The notes beneath the pieces are model-generated. The model was not told where the DNA came from, ran no database searches, and saw only the letters and a list, made by a program, of their open reading frames with translations. Below are positions 18,651-28,354 of a stretch of 64,000 nt of DNA, piece by piece (within the stretch, counting starts at the first letter, position 1; each line of letters opens with the position of its first letter). The translations under genes and the position numbers were made by a program. The DNA is from Bryobacterales bacterium (GTDB lineage: Bacteria; Acidobacteriota; Terriglobia; Bryobacterales; UBA6623), in assembly GCA_965205595.1 (NCBI GenBank), contig CBDBHI010000067.1:207674-271673 (forward strand), given 5' to 3'.

Positions 18651-20084
18651 TCACTTTGGCCCGCGGCTCGGTGGGGCCGGTGGTGGCATTCGGCGAGGGT
18701 TCGGATTCTTTCCCTTGAGGTACTGGTTCTCGACCGCTTTGACCGTTTGCCTATGCGCTTCGACAATCTGCTCGATACGCTTGAGCACGTCGGGATGATC
18801 TTTCGCGATGTCTAACCGCTCGCTCACGTCGTTGAGTAGGTGATAAAGCAGCGGCGGGTCGTGCGCTTCTTCCGGTGTGCGAAAGGCATAGCCGTTCCGT
18901 GTGATGAAATGCGCCTTGTACGGCCCCGATCGCGCCGCAAAGATTTTGCGATCGCGGTAGTAGATCATGTGGTCGCGAGGGCTTTCAGCGGTTCCCAGTA
19001 GAGCCCCTGAAAGATCGAAGCCATCGATCGCGCGGTCAGCGGGGATCTTAGCCCCGGCAAGCCCGGCTATCGTTGGCAGCAAGTCCAGCGTCGAACCCAT
19101 CTCGCGCACAGTTCGCGATGGGATCGTTCCCGGCCACCAGAAGATCGCGGGCACTCGCATGCCCCCTTCCCAGGTACTCTGTTTGCCGCCTCTGAGTGGT
19201 CCCGCCGAACCACCATGCGTTTGCATCAGCAACCACGGGCCGTTGTCTGACGTGAAGACGACCATCGTTTTCTCCGCGAGCCCCGTCGTTCGTAGCGTCT
19301 CGAGGACCTGGCTTACCGACCAGTCGACTTCCTCGACAACATCTCCGTACCTGCCCCCGACACTTCGATCCGCGAAGGCTTCAGAGCGGAAGAGCGGAGT
19401 GTGAGGCATGCTGTGAGCCAAGTAGAGGAAGAACGGCTCGTCTTTGTTGTTCTCAATGAAACGGATTGCTTCTTCCGTGTAGCGCCGTGTGATCGTCGTC
19501 TGGTCCGCAGGCCTTTCGACAATCTCCTCATTCCGCATCAGCGGGACGTTCCAGTATTCGACCTTGGGGTCGAAGTAAGCCTTGATGAACTGTGGCGAGC
19601 CGGGCACGCCGTCCATATCGTTCGAATAGGGAATGCCGAAATAGCTATCGAAGCCCTGGTTCGTCGGAAGAAATTGAGGCAGGTGGCCGAGGTGCCATTT
19701 GCCGACGATTCCAGTTGCGTACCCTAGGTCTTTAAGCATTTCGGCGATCGTAATTTCGCTCTCTGGCAAGCCGCCCTCGTGATAGGGAAAGAAGACTCCG
19801 CCCGACAGACCACTCCGCATCGGCAGCCTTCCGGTCAACAGCGCCGCGCGGCTCGGCGTGCAAATGGCCGCGCCAACGTAGAAATTGGTCCACTTCTGGC
19901 CTTCGGCGGCCATGCGATCTAGGTGTGGCGTCGCGATCGTAGGGCTGCCATACCCACTAAGGTCCCCATAGCCCAAGTCGTCAGCAAAGATGACGACGAA
20001 ATTCGGCCGATCTTGCCCGGCCAGCGTCAGTACCGTCGAGAGTAGGAGACACACACGGGCACAACTCCCAATCGAATAAGTCAT
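18651..20084 (-). CDS. Cys-type sulfatase (arylsulfatase A-like)
   Basis: ADDLGYGD, CTPSRAALLTGR, GKWHLG and TSDNGP motifs. Confidence 0.93.
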   Translation of the reverse strand: MTYSIGSCARVCLLLSTVLTLAGQDRPNFVVIFADDLGYGDLSGYGSPTIATPHLDRMAAEGQKWTNFYVGAAICTPSRAALLTGRLPMRSGLSGGVFFPYHEGGLPESEITIAEMLKDLGYATGIVGKWHLGHLPQFLPTNQGFDSYFGIPYSNDMDGVPGSPQFIKAYFDPKVEYWNVPLMRNEEIVERPADQTTITRRYTEEAIRFIENNKDEPFFLYLAHSMPHTPLFRSEAFADRSVGGRYGDVVEEVDWSVSQVLETLRTTGLAEKTMVVFTSDNGPWLLMQTHGGSAGPLRGGKQSTWEGGMRVPAIFWWPGTIPSRTVREMGSTLDLLPTIAGLAGAKIPADRAIDGFDLSGALLGTAESPRDHMIYYRDRKIFAARSGPYKAHFITRNGYAFRTPEEAHDPPLLYHLLNDVSERLDIAKDHPDVLKRIEQIVEAHRQTVKAVENQYLKGKNPNPRRMPPPAPPSRGPK

Positions 20085-20315
20085 GCCCGGGCATTATCAC
20101 ACGCGGGAACTCCGCAACCGCTGACCGTTGGAATAGCCACCGTACGCTGACTGTTGGCCATTGTCCCCGATCTCCTCAATCGAATCTAGGTGTTATGGTG
20201 ATGAACAACTAATTAACCGTTTCCAACCCATTCCGGGCGACGCGAATCAGTTAAATCAGTCAGCACTCACGATAAGAAATGTGGCCTTGGCCGCCGGACC
20301 GCAAGGAAGGTAACA

Positions 20316-20957
20316 ATGCTTTCAAGCACCCGATCAGAAATCGATCATCACACTATCAAGCTCGTAGTTGGAGTAATGACGCTATCTCTAGCAAGTTTGA
20401 CGAATTTCTTCGCGGACATTCCGATTCAATCGATCAGCGCTTCCTACCACGAAGGCGGCTGGTCTCGAGATATATTCGTAGGATTTCTGTTCGCGGTATC
20501 CGCGTTTCTGGTTGCCTACAACGGACATTCGTCCCGGGAGATGGTGCTGAGCAAGATTGCGGCCGTTGCGGCCCTCGGCGTTGCGCTGTTCCCTTGCGAA
20601 TGCGAAAATTACGAACAGATCATTCCCGGCGTCCACGGCACCTCCGCAGCCGTCATGTTCGTGATTCTAGCGGTGTTCTGCTATGGGTTCTATCACCGCG
20701 CGCTCGGCAAAGGCCACCCTCAGGCGAAGCTGCGAGCCTATATCTACGCGGTCTGCGGCATCACAATTGTCGTGTCGATTCTAGTACTTGCCATTGACAA
20801 TCTCTTAAACGACGTTATCAGCTCACGCATCGTTCGACTTACCTTCTACGGCGAGTGCGCCGGCTTAGTCGCGTTCGGAGTCTCATGGCTCACCGCAAGT
20901 CGCGCCTTACCTCTAATCACTAGTGAAGAGGAATGGCTCCCGCCCTTTGGCAACTGA
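20316..20957 (+). CDS. Polytopic membrane protein of unknown function
   Basis: About six hydrophobic segments with SIS.SYH and RDIFVG.L motifs; opposite strand to its neighbours. Confidence 0.65.
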   Translation: MLSSTRSEIDHHTIKLVVGVMTLSLASLTNFFADIPIQSISASYHEGGWSRDIFVGFLFAVSAFLVAYNGHSSREMVLSKIAAVAALGVALFPCECENYEQIIPGVHGTSAAVMFVILAVFCYGFYHRALGKGHPQAKLRAYIYAVCGITIVVSILVLAIDNLLNDVISSRIVRLTFYGECAGLVAFGVSWLTASRALPLITSEEEWLPPFGN

Positions 20958-21083
20958 GCGTAAGAGCGTACAGGATTCGGCGACAAGGTCGATGGGAATC
21001 TGAACGCGACAGCTCTCTTCATCCATACGCGGGACTGAACCGGACAGACGCCTTCGTGCAATGCATTAGCCCTGCTCGCTCTC

Positions 21084-22553
21084 TTATTCCCGCTCCGACT
21101 TTCCCGCGGTTTGTTCGCTAAGCAGGGGCACGTCTCGTTTGTCGCGTTGCATCCGCCCGTCAAACTCTCGCGCCATCGTCGTAATCCGCTCAACCACCTC
21201 GGGATGCGCCGCCGCAACGTCTGTCGTTTCCCCGATGTCGGCCTCGAGATCGTATAGCTGTGGCTGCGGCCAAAGCCGGTAGTGTCGCTCGAAGAGACCG
21301 TCGAGCATCTGGTACCACAGCGAAATCGGCATGGAAGGATAATTGTCGATCTGTAAGAACAACTTCCAGCGGCCTACGCGAACGGCCTGAAGTTGGTGGC
21401 CAAAATAGTAGAAGAACGGGCGCTCCTCAATTTCCTCGGTTTCGCCGTGCAACAGCCCCGCAATCGAGCGGCCATCGATCACGCGGTCTTTCGGCGGCTC
21501 GACGCCCGCCAGCTCGGCGATAGTTGGGAGCAGATCGAGAATCGAGGCGACTTCATCCGTTGTGCGCCGCGCTGGGATGACGCCGGGAAGCCGAAAGATT
21601 GCGGGAACGCGCATGCCGCCCTCAAACGTACTCCCCTTGAACCCCCGTAGCGGACCGGCGTCGCCGCTGCCCGCATGAATCCCAAAGCGCGCCACGGGCG
21701 CATTCCGAGTTGGGCCGTTGTCCGATGTGAAGACGACCATCGTCCGCTCGGCGATCGCTAGCTCGTCGAGCAGGTCGAGGATCTCTCCCGTACTCCAGTC
21801 GATCTCCTCGACCGAGTCGGCGTAGAGTCCGTGCTCGGAGCGCCCGTGAAATTCTTCCGAAGCGTAGACCGGGTTGTGCGGAAACGTGTGTGGTAGATAG
21901 AGGAAAAACGGTCGGTCGCGGTTCGAGCGAATGAACTCGATCGCGCGAGCGGTATAGCGTTGCGTGAGGGTTTCTTGCACCGGCGGCGCCTCGACGACTT
22001 CGTCGTTGTCGAGAAGCGGGATCTCCCATAGCCCGTGCTGGGCCCGCATCTCTTCGCCGTCGGGCTTCTTGTACATGTCATTGGAATAAGGGAGTCCGAA
22101 GAAGAACTCGAATCCTTGACGCTGGGCGCGGAAGGGCTCGGGATAGCCCAAGTGCCACTTTCCAATCGCAGCGCTGGCGTAGCCGGCGGGCGCGAGCATC
22201 TCGGCGACCGTGATCTCCTCGGGATCGAGCCCGGTCATCTCGGTCGGGAAGAGCACGTTCGGAACTCCGGCCCGGATTGGATATCTTCCCGTGAGGATCG
22301 ACGAGCGGGAAGGACTGCAGAACGGGGCCGCGGCGTAGAAATTGGTGAAGCGAGTTCCCTCGGCCGCCATCCGGTCGAGACGCGGCGTTCGGACCTTCTC
22401 CGAGCCGTAGCCGCCCAAATCGCCGTAGCCAAGGTCGTCGGCGAAGATGACGATGAAGTTCGGAGGAGGGTCCGCGGGTGGTTCAGATTGTTGGGCCCCG
22501 CAGCCGATGAATACGGCGGAGGCGAGCGCGAAGTAAAGCGCCAAGCGCGTCAT
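21084..22553 (-). CDS. Cys-type sulfatase (lipoprotein)
   Basis: CSPSRSSILTGRY, GKWHLG and TSDNGP motifs; FIGC lipobox. Confidence 0.93.
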   Translation of the reverse strand: MTRLALYFALASAVFIGCGAQQSEPPADPPPNFIVIFADDLGYGDLGGYGSEKVRTPRLDRMAAEGTRFTNFYAAAPFCSPSRSSILTGRYPIRAGVPNVLFPTEMTGLDPEEITVAEMLAPAGYASAAIGKWHLGYPEPFRAQRQGFEFFFGLPYSNDMYKKPDGEEMRAQHGLWEIPLLDNDEVVEAPPVQETLTQRYTARAIEFIRSNRDRPFFLYLPHTFPHNPVYASEEFHGRSEHGLYADSVEEIDWSTGEILDLLDELAIAERTMVVFTSDNGPTRNAPVARFGIHAGSGDAGPLRGFKGSTFEGGMRVPAIFRLPGVIPARRTTDEVASILDLLPTIAELAGVEPPKDRVIDGRSIAGLLHGETEEIEERPFFYYFGHQLQAVRVGRWKLFLQIDNYPSMPISLWYQMLDGLFERHYRLWPQPQLYDLEADIGETTDVAAAHPEVVERITTMAREFDGRMQRDKRDVPLLSEQTAGKSERE

Positions 22554-22570
22554 CGTAGTTTCTGGCAGGG

Positions 22571-23935
22571 CTATTTACCCTCGCTGATCGTCCATCCCCA
22601 GCCCTTTGGTACCTCGCCGCCGCCGTTGTAATCAGCGCTCGGCTTGAGCGGCGGGAGCGTGGCGACGAATGCGCTGTAGCGCTCGAGCATACGGTCAACC
22701 GCGTCGGGATGCATCTTCGCGACATCGTTCCGTTCTTCCGGATCTTTCTTTAAATCGAACAATCGCCAACCGTCCGGGTGCTTGACGAGACGCCAGTTCT
22801 TCCAACGTACTACGTACAAATTACGGCGCGGCGCATCCGTAGGGTCGGCGTTGTGCCAGAAGACAAACTCGTGGACATCGCCCTCTTTCTCGGCCTTAAG
22901 GTACGGCAGCAAGTTCTTGCCGTCACAGCGCTCGGGTAAGGGCTTTCCAGCAGCCGCGGCTGCCGTAGCGTAGAAGTCCAAGGTGCACATCATGCCGTCG
23001 TAAGTGATTCCGGCGGGAACAACCCCCGGCCAGGAGATGATCGTCGGCGTGTGCACCCAGCCTTCTTGCTGCGTCCCCTTGCCCTTGCCGCCGCGGTAAG
23101 GAGCGGAAGATCCGCCCTCCGTCAGATTCGCTCCGTTGTCGCCAGTCAGAAAAATGAGCGTATCATTTTCGAGATCGTGCTTCTTTAGCATGGCAAGCAG
23201 CTTTCCGACCGCATCGTCCACAGCGACGACCGCCCCTTCGTACGCGGTGCCGTCGCCCGCTTCGATGCGATCTCGATAGTGCTGCGGTGTGTCCTTGACT
23301 TTCGAGTGAACGGCGAACGGCGAGAAATAGAGAAAGAATGGTTTCTCGGCATTTCTCTCGGAGTTTCTCTCGACGAATTCAGCCATATAGTCGCCTACCA
23401 GATCAGTGAGATAAACCGGCGAGCCGTCCTCCAATTCCCGGTTGTACTGAAAGCCCGGAGCATGCCGCGCCACTTCCATGAAGCCGCGTTTATGCGGGCC
23501 CTGCTCGGACGAACCAATATCCCACTTCCCCACTTGACCCGTCACATACCCGGCATCGCGCATGAACTCGGCCATGGTGGGATGATCATCCGGAATAGGC
23601 AGTCCGCGGGCCATCCCCGACTTGCCGAACCGTTGTGCATACATTCCAGTCATCAGCGAGCAGCGGCTGGGCGAGCATGGCGGATTGGTGATGTACGACA
23701 TCGTGCACTTCGCGCCGGCAGCCGCCAGGGAATCAATATGCGGCGTCGGAATTCGCTTGTTCCCGAAACAGCCGAGATCACCAAAGCCCAGATCATCGAT
23801 GAACAGTACGACTACATTCGGTTTGCGCCCCTGATTGTTCTGCGCCGAACCCACGCTTGAGTGCAAGCCCGCGGCAACGGCGGCTGCCCCGGCCGTGCCC
23901 AGGAAGTCTCGTCGGGTGTTTCGATGAGTTTGCAT
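22571..23935 (-). CDS. Cys-type sulfatase with Tat signal
   Basis: TRRDFLG leader; CSPSRCSLMTG, GKWDIG and GDNG motifs. The start is set at ATG 23935. Confidence 0.92.
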   Translation of the reverse strand: MQTHRNTRRDFLGTAGAAAVAAGLHSSVGSAQNNQGRKPNVVVLFIDDLGFGDLGCFGNKRIPTPHIDSLAAAGAKCTMSYITNPPCSPSRCSLMTGMYAQRFGKSGMARGLPIPDDHPTMAEFMRDAGYVTGQVGKWDIGSSEQGPHKRGFMEVARHAPGFQYNRELEDGSPVYLTDLVGDYMAEFVERNSERNAEKPFFLYFSPFAVHSKVKDTPQHYRDRIEAGDGTAYEGAVVAVDDAVGKLLAMLKKHDLENDTLIFLTGDNGANLTEGGSSAPYRGGKGKGTQQEGWVHTPTIISWPGVVPAGITYDGMMCTLDFYATAAAAAGKPLPERCDGKNLLPYLKAEKEGDVHEFVFWHNADPTDAPRRNLYVVRWKNWRLVKHPDGWRLFDLKKDPEERNDVAKMHPDAVDRMLERYSAFVATLPPLKPSADYNGGGEVPKGWGWTISEGK

Positions 23936-24112
23936 ATCTGTAGCTTCATGGCCAGGCATTGAATCTCTCAGACCAGAGCCTATGTTACCGGTGTGAGCAT
24001 ATCGGTTGCAGTCAGTGAAATGGCTGCGAAGCCGCAAGAGCGAGTTGAATAGCGCGCTGCAACCGGTGATTCACGAGAATATGGTAAGTTCCCTGCCTTT
24101 CACTGAAGGGCC

Positions 24113-24447
24113 AAATGTCCGGAAATGTCCGGATTTGTCCGGTTTTCTCTGAAAATCTCTGGTCGGGGGCGATTTGCCATACTTAACAATGGTATTATGT
24201 CAAACATAACAAAGCAGAATGGGGAACTCCTCGCGTGTCCATACAAGCCAATCTCGCGGCCGCATCATGAATGCCTCGCTGTGGCCGGATTTGGCAGGGT
24301 TTTTGTGAAATTTCGAGCCTACTTGCAGGGCATTCCGCATCCTCCAGGTATAGTGTAAGGCCCGTGTGTCCGGTTTCCGGCTGACCGTATCGCTAGGTTG
24401 CTGATTTCAAAGGCAAAAGAAATTTCGAAATCGCAGGACGACCGTTT
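24113..24447 (+). repeat. Non-coding repeat, copy 2 (empty intron target at 24428|24429)
   Basis: Aligns with copy 1 and with reverse-complemented copy 3; begins with a 10-mer tandem (AAATGTCCGG)x2 + ATTTGTCCGG. Confidence 0.9.
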
Positions 24448-24458
24448 TACGTTTGTTA

Positions 24459-26206
24459 AGGGCTCCGGAAGGTGTGAAGAAATTCGGTTTTTGGCCGTAG
24501 GGCCGCGTCATTTTCGGGGGTGGTGGCTTTTTTGAGTTGATACTCGAGGTTGCCCGAAACTCGCTGAACCGTTCGCATGCCTCCGGCTGAGCAGTTTTGG
24601 CGGCTCTGAACGCTTTGATTGGCCCTTTGGGGGCGTTCCGGGGGTCGATTAGCCGGTCGGGATCAGTTCCGGTGCCAGTTTGAACAGGCGTTGCAGGTTG
24701 AACGCCGGCGCCGCCCAGTGAGCCTCGCAACTGACCTTCGCCAGACCCCTCGTTGAGAAGCGTCGCAGCTTGAATTTCGTCTTGATCCAGGCATTCGGAA
24801 ACTCAATTAACGGCGCTCGTTGCTTGTAAATCGTTTGCGCTTTCTCCGTCTCCATCTTCGCGTCAAAGCGCCGCACCGCCTCGTCATAATCTTGAATCGA
24901 CACGCTCCGTCCAGCGCTTTTTAGCTTTAAATCCGGACAGCACAACTGTTTCACCGGACACTCTCGACAGTCCTCCACGCGCGCCCGATAGATGCGGATC
25001 GTGCGCCCCTTCGGATGTTGCGTTGCTTTGCGCGACAGGCGCTTCGCTTGCGGGCAAACCAGCATGTCCGCAGCCTCGTTCCGAACGAACTTAGCGGCAA
25101 AGTAGTCTTCGTGACGCCGCGTCCCCAGACCCGTCGGCTTGGCACTTCTGCCCGTCCAACTTCCGTAGTAATCGATGCCGCGCTCGTCCCTGTCCACTAC
25201 CGACGCATGATTCGTGTAACCCCCGTCAGCAAGGGCTTCGGTGGGATATGCTCCCTGTCTCTCTTTGAGCCGGTCGATCGCCGCAAGCAGTTGCTCAGAG
25301 TCCTGCGGATCGTTGACAACCTGGACGTCGGCGATCAATCCATGCTTGCCGTCGGCTGTGATTTGTACGTTGTAGGCGGGCGCCACAGCGTTGTCGCTGG
25401 TCCACATAAACCGCGCCTCGGGATCGCTCGTTGATGCTTGTGGTTGCTTACTTTTGTTGTCCTTCCTGGCGGCCCGCAACTGCTCGATTTCATCGAGTGC
25501 TTCTGGCAACTTCTCTTCTCTGTCTTGGGCCGCGCGTTGTCGGGCTTGCTGCTGCTTTTTGGTGGTTTGCTCTTCGGCTTCTTGGCGCTCAAGTTCGTCC
25601 AAATGCTCGCGCGCCAACTTGAGATATTCCTCAATCTTGTCTTTTTGGCGAAAGCTTTTCTTGTTGACATCGGCGCGAATCTTGGTGCCGTCAACGGCCA
25701 CTCGTTGGAGAGTAACTAAGCGCTTTTTCAGCATCAGTGCAAGCACGTCCTCGAAGAGTTCGCGCAGCGCCTGGCCGTGGCCGACGCGGAAATCCGACAA
25801 CGTGTGGTGGTTGATCGGATGCAGCCCGGTGAGCCAACGCAAGGCGGGCTCGTAGTCCATTTGGCGCTCAATTTCGCGCGCCGAATGGAGGCCTTTTGTG
25901 AAGGCGTAGAGCCAGACGGAAGTGAGCACTTGGGGCGAGTGGGACGGGCGTCCGGCGACGCCCTCGACGGCGCGAACGTCGCGCTCGAAGCGGCTCAAAT
26001 CGAGCGACGAGATGAGGCGCCAGATGCGCCGGGCGACATGGTCGTCAGCGATCAGGCGCTCGACGTCGAGCGACAGCAGAAGGTGTTGGGACCGGTTGCT
26101 GGGGAGGTGGCGCGGGGAACCCTGCTCCGACATAACTTATTATACCAAATAAGTTGGCGAAACAGAGTATCGGCGACGCCTATTTTTTCACAGCTTCCGG
26201 AGCCCT
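24459..26206 (-). mobile_element. IS1182-family insertion sequence
   Basis: Terminal IRs AGGGCTCCGGAAGGTGTGAAGAAA and AGGGCTCCGGAAGCTGTGAAAAAA. No clear target duplication was seen. Confidence 0.88.
24649..26133 (-). CDS. IS1182 DDE transposase
   Basis: LI..DH.AR, HHTLSDFR, AVDGTKI.A, AYNVQ, LADGGY and Y..R...IE..(N/F) motifs. Confidence 0.92.
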   Translation of the reverse strand: MSEQGSPRHLPSNRSQHLLLSLDVERLIADDHVARRIWRLISSLDLSRFERDVRAVEGVAGRPSHSPQVLTSVWLYAFTKGLHSAREIERQMDYEPALRWLTGLHPINHHTLSDFRVGHGQALRELFEDVLALMLKKRLVTLQRVAVDGTKIRADVNKKSFRQKDKIEEYLKLAREHLDELERQEAEEQTTKKQQQARQRAAQDREEKLPEALDEIEQLRAARKDNKSKQPQASTSDPEARFMWTSDNAVAPAYNVQITADGKHGLIADVQVVNDPQDSEQLLAAIDRLKERQGAYPTEALADGGYTNHASVVDRDERGIDYYGSWTGRSAKPTGLGTRRHEDYFAAKFVRNEAADMLVCPQAKRLSRKATQHPKGRTIRIYRARVEDCRECPVKQLCCPDLKLKSAGRSVSIQDYDEAVRRFDAKMETEKAQTIYKQRAPLIEFPNAWIKTKFKLRRFSTRGLAKVSCEAHWAAPAFNLQRLFKLAPELIPTG

Positions 26207-26608
26207 CAGCCCCGATCATCGGAATCGATCCAAAATCGACATCTCAGTCGTTCAACGCATAGCCACTAAAGAATAATTTCCCGCTCAACTGGCTAAAGGC
26301 CGAAGTCGCCGAGAGGCCCATAAATAGGGAACATGAGCCCTCTAGCGGGCGTTTGGATATGCGCTCGAAGGAGAGTTTGTGGTAACGTTTGTTTTCACTA
26401 GGAATAGTTGATCACTACTCCATGCGTGCTCTAGCGTCGCTTCCAGGCAGGCATGTCGTACAATCTCAGCGTCGGAGGAGTAGGATTGCGTGCCCCAACG
26501 ATGGCGCACCGAACGGTCGAATTTTGACGCAAAACGGGACACTGAACCTGTCATCGTCATTCGGCTAGTCCCAGGTTCGCTCAGCGATTTCGAGATCAGG
26601 AAGCCCAC

Positions 26609-27976
26609 ATGGCAAAACCTTGCCTCTTGGCCGCTGCCAGCGCGCTGATCATCTCGGCTGCGGCGGACGCCCAGACTGAACTCAAAAAACCGAATCTCGT
26701 CATTTTGATGGCGGACGATTTGGGCTGGAATGACGTCGGCTATCACGGCAGCGAAATCCGAACTCCCAACATCGACACAATTGTCCGTGGCGGTGTCGAA
26801 CTAGACCGCTTCTATGCCTATCCGGCTTGCAGCCCGACTCGCGCCGCGCTGATGACGGGGCGATCTCCCGTTTCCATGGGCATCGTCGCCGCGATCCGAG
26901 ACTTCGCTCACGGCGTCCCTTTAGATGAACACCTTATGCCGGAATCCTTTCAGGCATCGGGCTACCAGACGTGGCTCCTCGGCAAGTGGCACCTGGGCGC
27001 TGATCATCGATCAGACTTTCCGCAGAGCAGGGGGTTCGACCACTTCTATGGACACCTCGGCGGCAATCTCGACTACTACAGTCATGTGTACCAAGGCCGT
27101 GTGGATTGGCAGAGAAACGGGGTCACGGTACGGGAAGAGGGCTACAGTACCGATCTCATCGCTCGCGAGGCAGTCAGCTTGCTGAAAAAGCGAAAACCCG
27201 ACAAGCCTGTATTTCTCTTTGTCTCGTTCAATGCCCCCCACTTTCCACTTGCGGCACCATCAAAGTCGGTAGCGAAGTACCTGCACATTGAGGACGAAAC
27301 TCGGCGCACCTACGCTGCGGTAGTTGATGCGATGGATGTGGCAATCGGTACCATTCTCACGACTCTGGACCAGCAAGAGATGAGCGACAATACGCTGATT
27401 CTTTGGCTTAGCGACAACGGCGGTGTCTCTCACTCCGGCGGCAGCAATTCTCCGCTGAGGGGCCTCAAGAAAAGCACCTTCGAAGGCGGCATCCGAGTGC
27501 CTGCGGCACTCAAGTGGCCGAAGGTCCTTCCGAGTGGGACTAAGTCTGATCAGATGATCGCCGTGCACGATCTCTTTCCGACACTGGCCGCCGCCTGCGG
27601 CGTTGCAGAACAAGCCACAAAACCGCTGTACGGCGAGAACCTATGGCCCGCTCTGCGAACCGGAAAGAACGTCCCACGAGGGGACACATTGATCGGAGAC
27701 GAGGATTCCTGGGCGTTCTTCCAAGATGATTGGAAATACGTCAGTTCCATTGATCCAAAGTCAGGGAAACACGAGTCAGCGCTCTTCAAGATTCGCGACG
27801 ATCGGCTTGAGCAGAACGACCTGGCGAATCGCTATCCAGAGGTGGCCCGTAGGCTCCAGGAACTGACCGATGCATTCCCGAAGAAGAACCTAATCGAGGC
27901 TGTTCCGCGAGAGCCAATGAACTACGAAGAGGACCCGAAGCTTCAGCCGGCCGCGGAAGCAGCATCCCGGGAATGA
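26609..27976 (+). CDS. Cys-type sulfatase (arylsulfatase B-like)
   Basis: ADDLGWNDVG, CSPTRAALMTGR, GKWHLG and SDNGG motifs; signal peptide. Confidence 0.93.
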   Translation: MAKPCLLAAASALIISAAADAQTELKKPNLVILMADDLGWNDVGYHGSEIRTPNIDTIVRGGVELDRFYAYPACSPTRAALMTGRSPVSMGIVAAIRDFAHGVPLDEHLMPESFQASGYQTWLLGKWHLGADHRSDFPQSRGFDHFYGHLGGNLDYYSHVYQGRVDWQRNGVTVREEGYSTDLIAREAVSLLKKRKPDKPVFLFVSFNAPHFPLAAPSKSVAKYLHIEDETRRTYAAVVDAMDVAIGTILTTLDQQEMSDNTLILWLSDNGGVSHSGGSNSPLRGLKKSTFEGGIRVPAALKWPKVLPSGTKSDQMIAVHDLFPTLAAACGVAEQATKPLYGENLWPALRTGKNVPRGDTLIGDEDSWAFFQDDWKYVSSIDPKSGKHESALFKIRDDRLEQNDLANRYPEVARRLQELTDAFPKKNLIEAVPREPMNYEEDPKLQPAAEAASRE

Positions 27977-28037
27977 GGCAAGCTGAGGCGGATGAAAACC
28001 ACAAACCAGCTTAGTACGATGAGAGCCGGGGAATTGA

Positions 28038-28293
28038 GATTGAGGAGATCAGGGACACTCAAGGAGATCCAAGGAGATCAGGGGGAGATCAGGGACACTC
28101 ACGTAACCTCGCACTGGCATGCACCCCTAAGCTGAGACAGCTTAAAAGCGGGACAGTTGCCGTTCGCTGAAAAAGTATAGCCTTTTTCGCGAACGTGCCG
28201 CACACTTGAAAACGGCCGGGAAAGCGGAGGCGGGAAACCCGTGACGGAGCCCAATTAAGGGGCGATCGGGGACACTCACGTAACCCCGCATTG
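28038..28293 (+). repeat. GGAGATC/GGGACACTCACGTAACC short direct-repeat cluster
   Basis: GGAGATCAGGGACACTC at 28044 and 28084; GATC(A/G)GGGACACTCACGTAACC.CGCA.TG at 28087 and 28264. Confidence 0.75.
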
Positions 28294-28354
28294 CCTTTAT
28301 GAATCAGCAGCTTCCAGCGATTTCAATGTTCATAAAAAGAGAGGGCGATTGAGT

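Noticed and set aside
24173-24205. dif/Xer-like site (TTTGCCATA...TTATGTCAAAC)
   Set aside because: The right arm resembles a XerD site, but the arms are 14 nt apart instead of 8, no XerC-like arm sits at 6-bp spacing, and the sequence is not conserved in copy 3.
24455-24460. Target-site duplication for IS1182
   Set aside because: The flanks (GTTA on the left, CAGC on the right) do not match, so no duplication is claimed.
28038-28120. Possible CRISPR array
   Set aside because: The repeats are short and irregularly spaced, there are no unique 30-40-nt spacers, and no cas genes are present.
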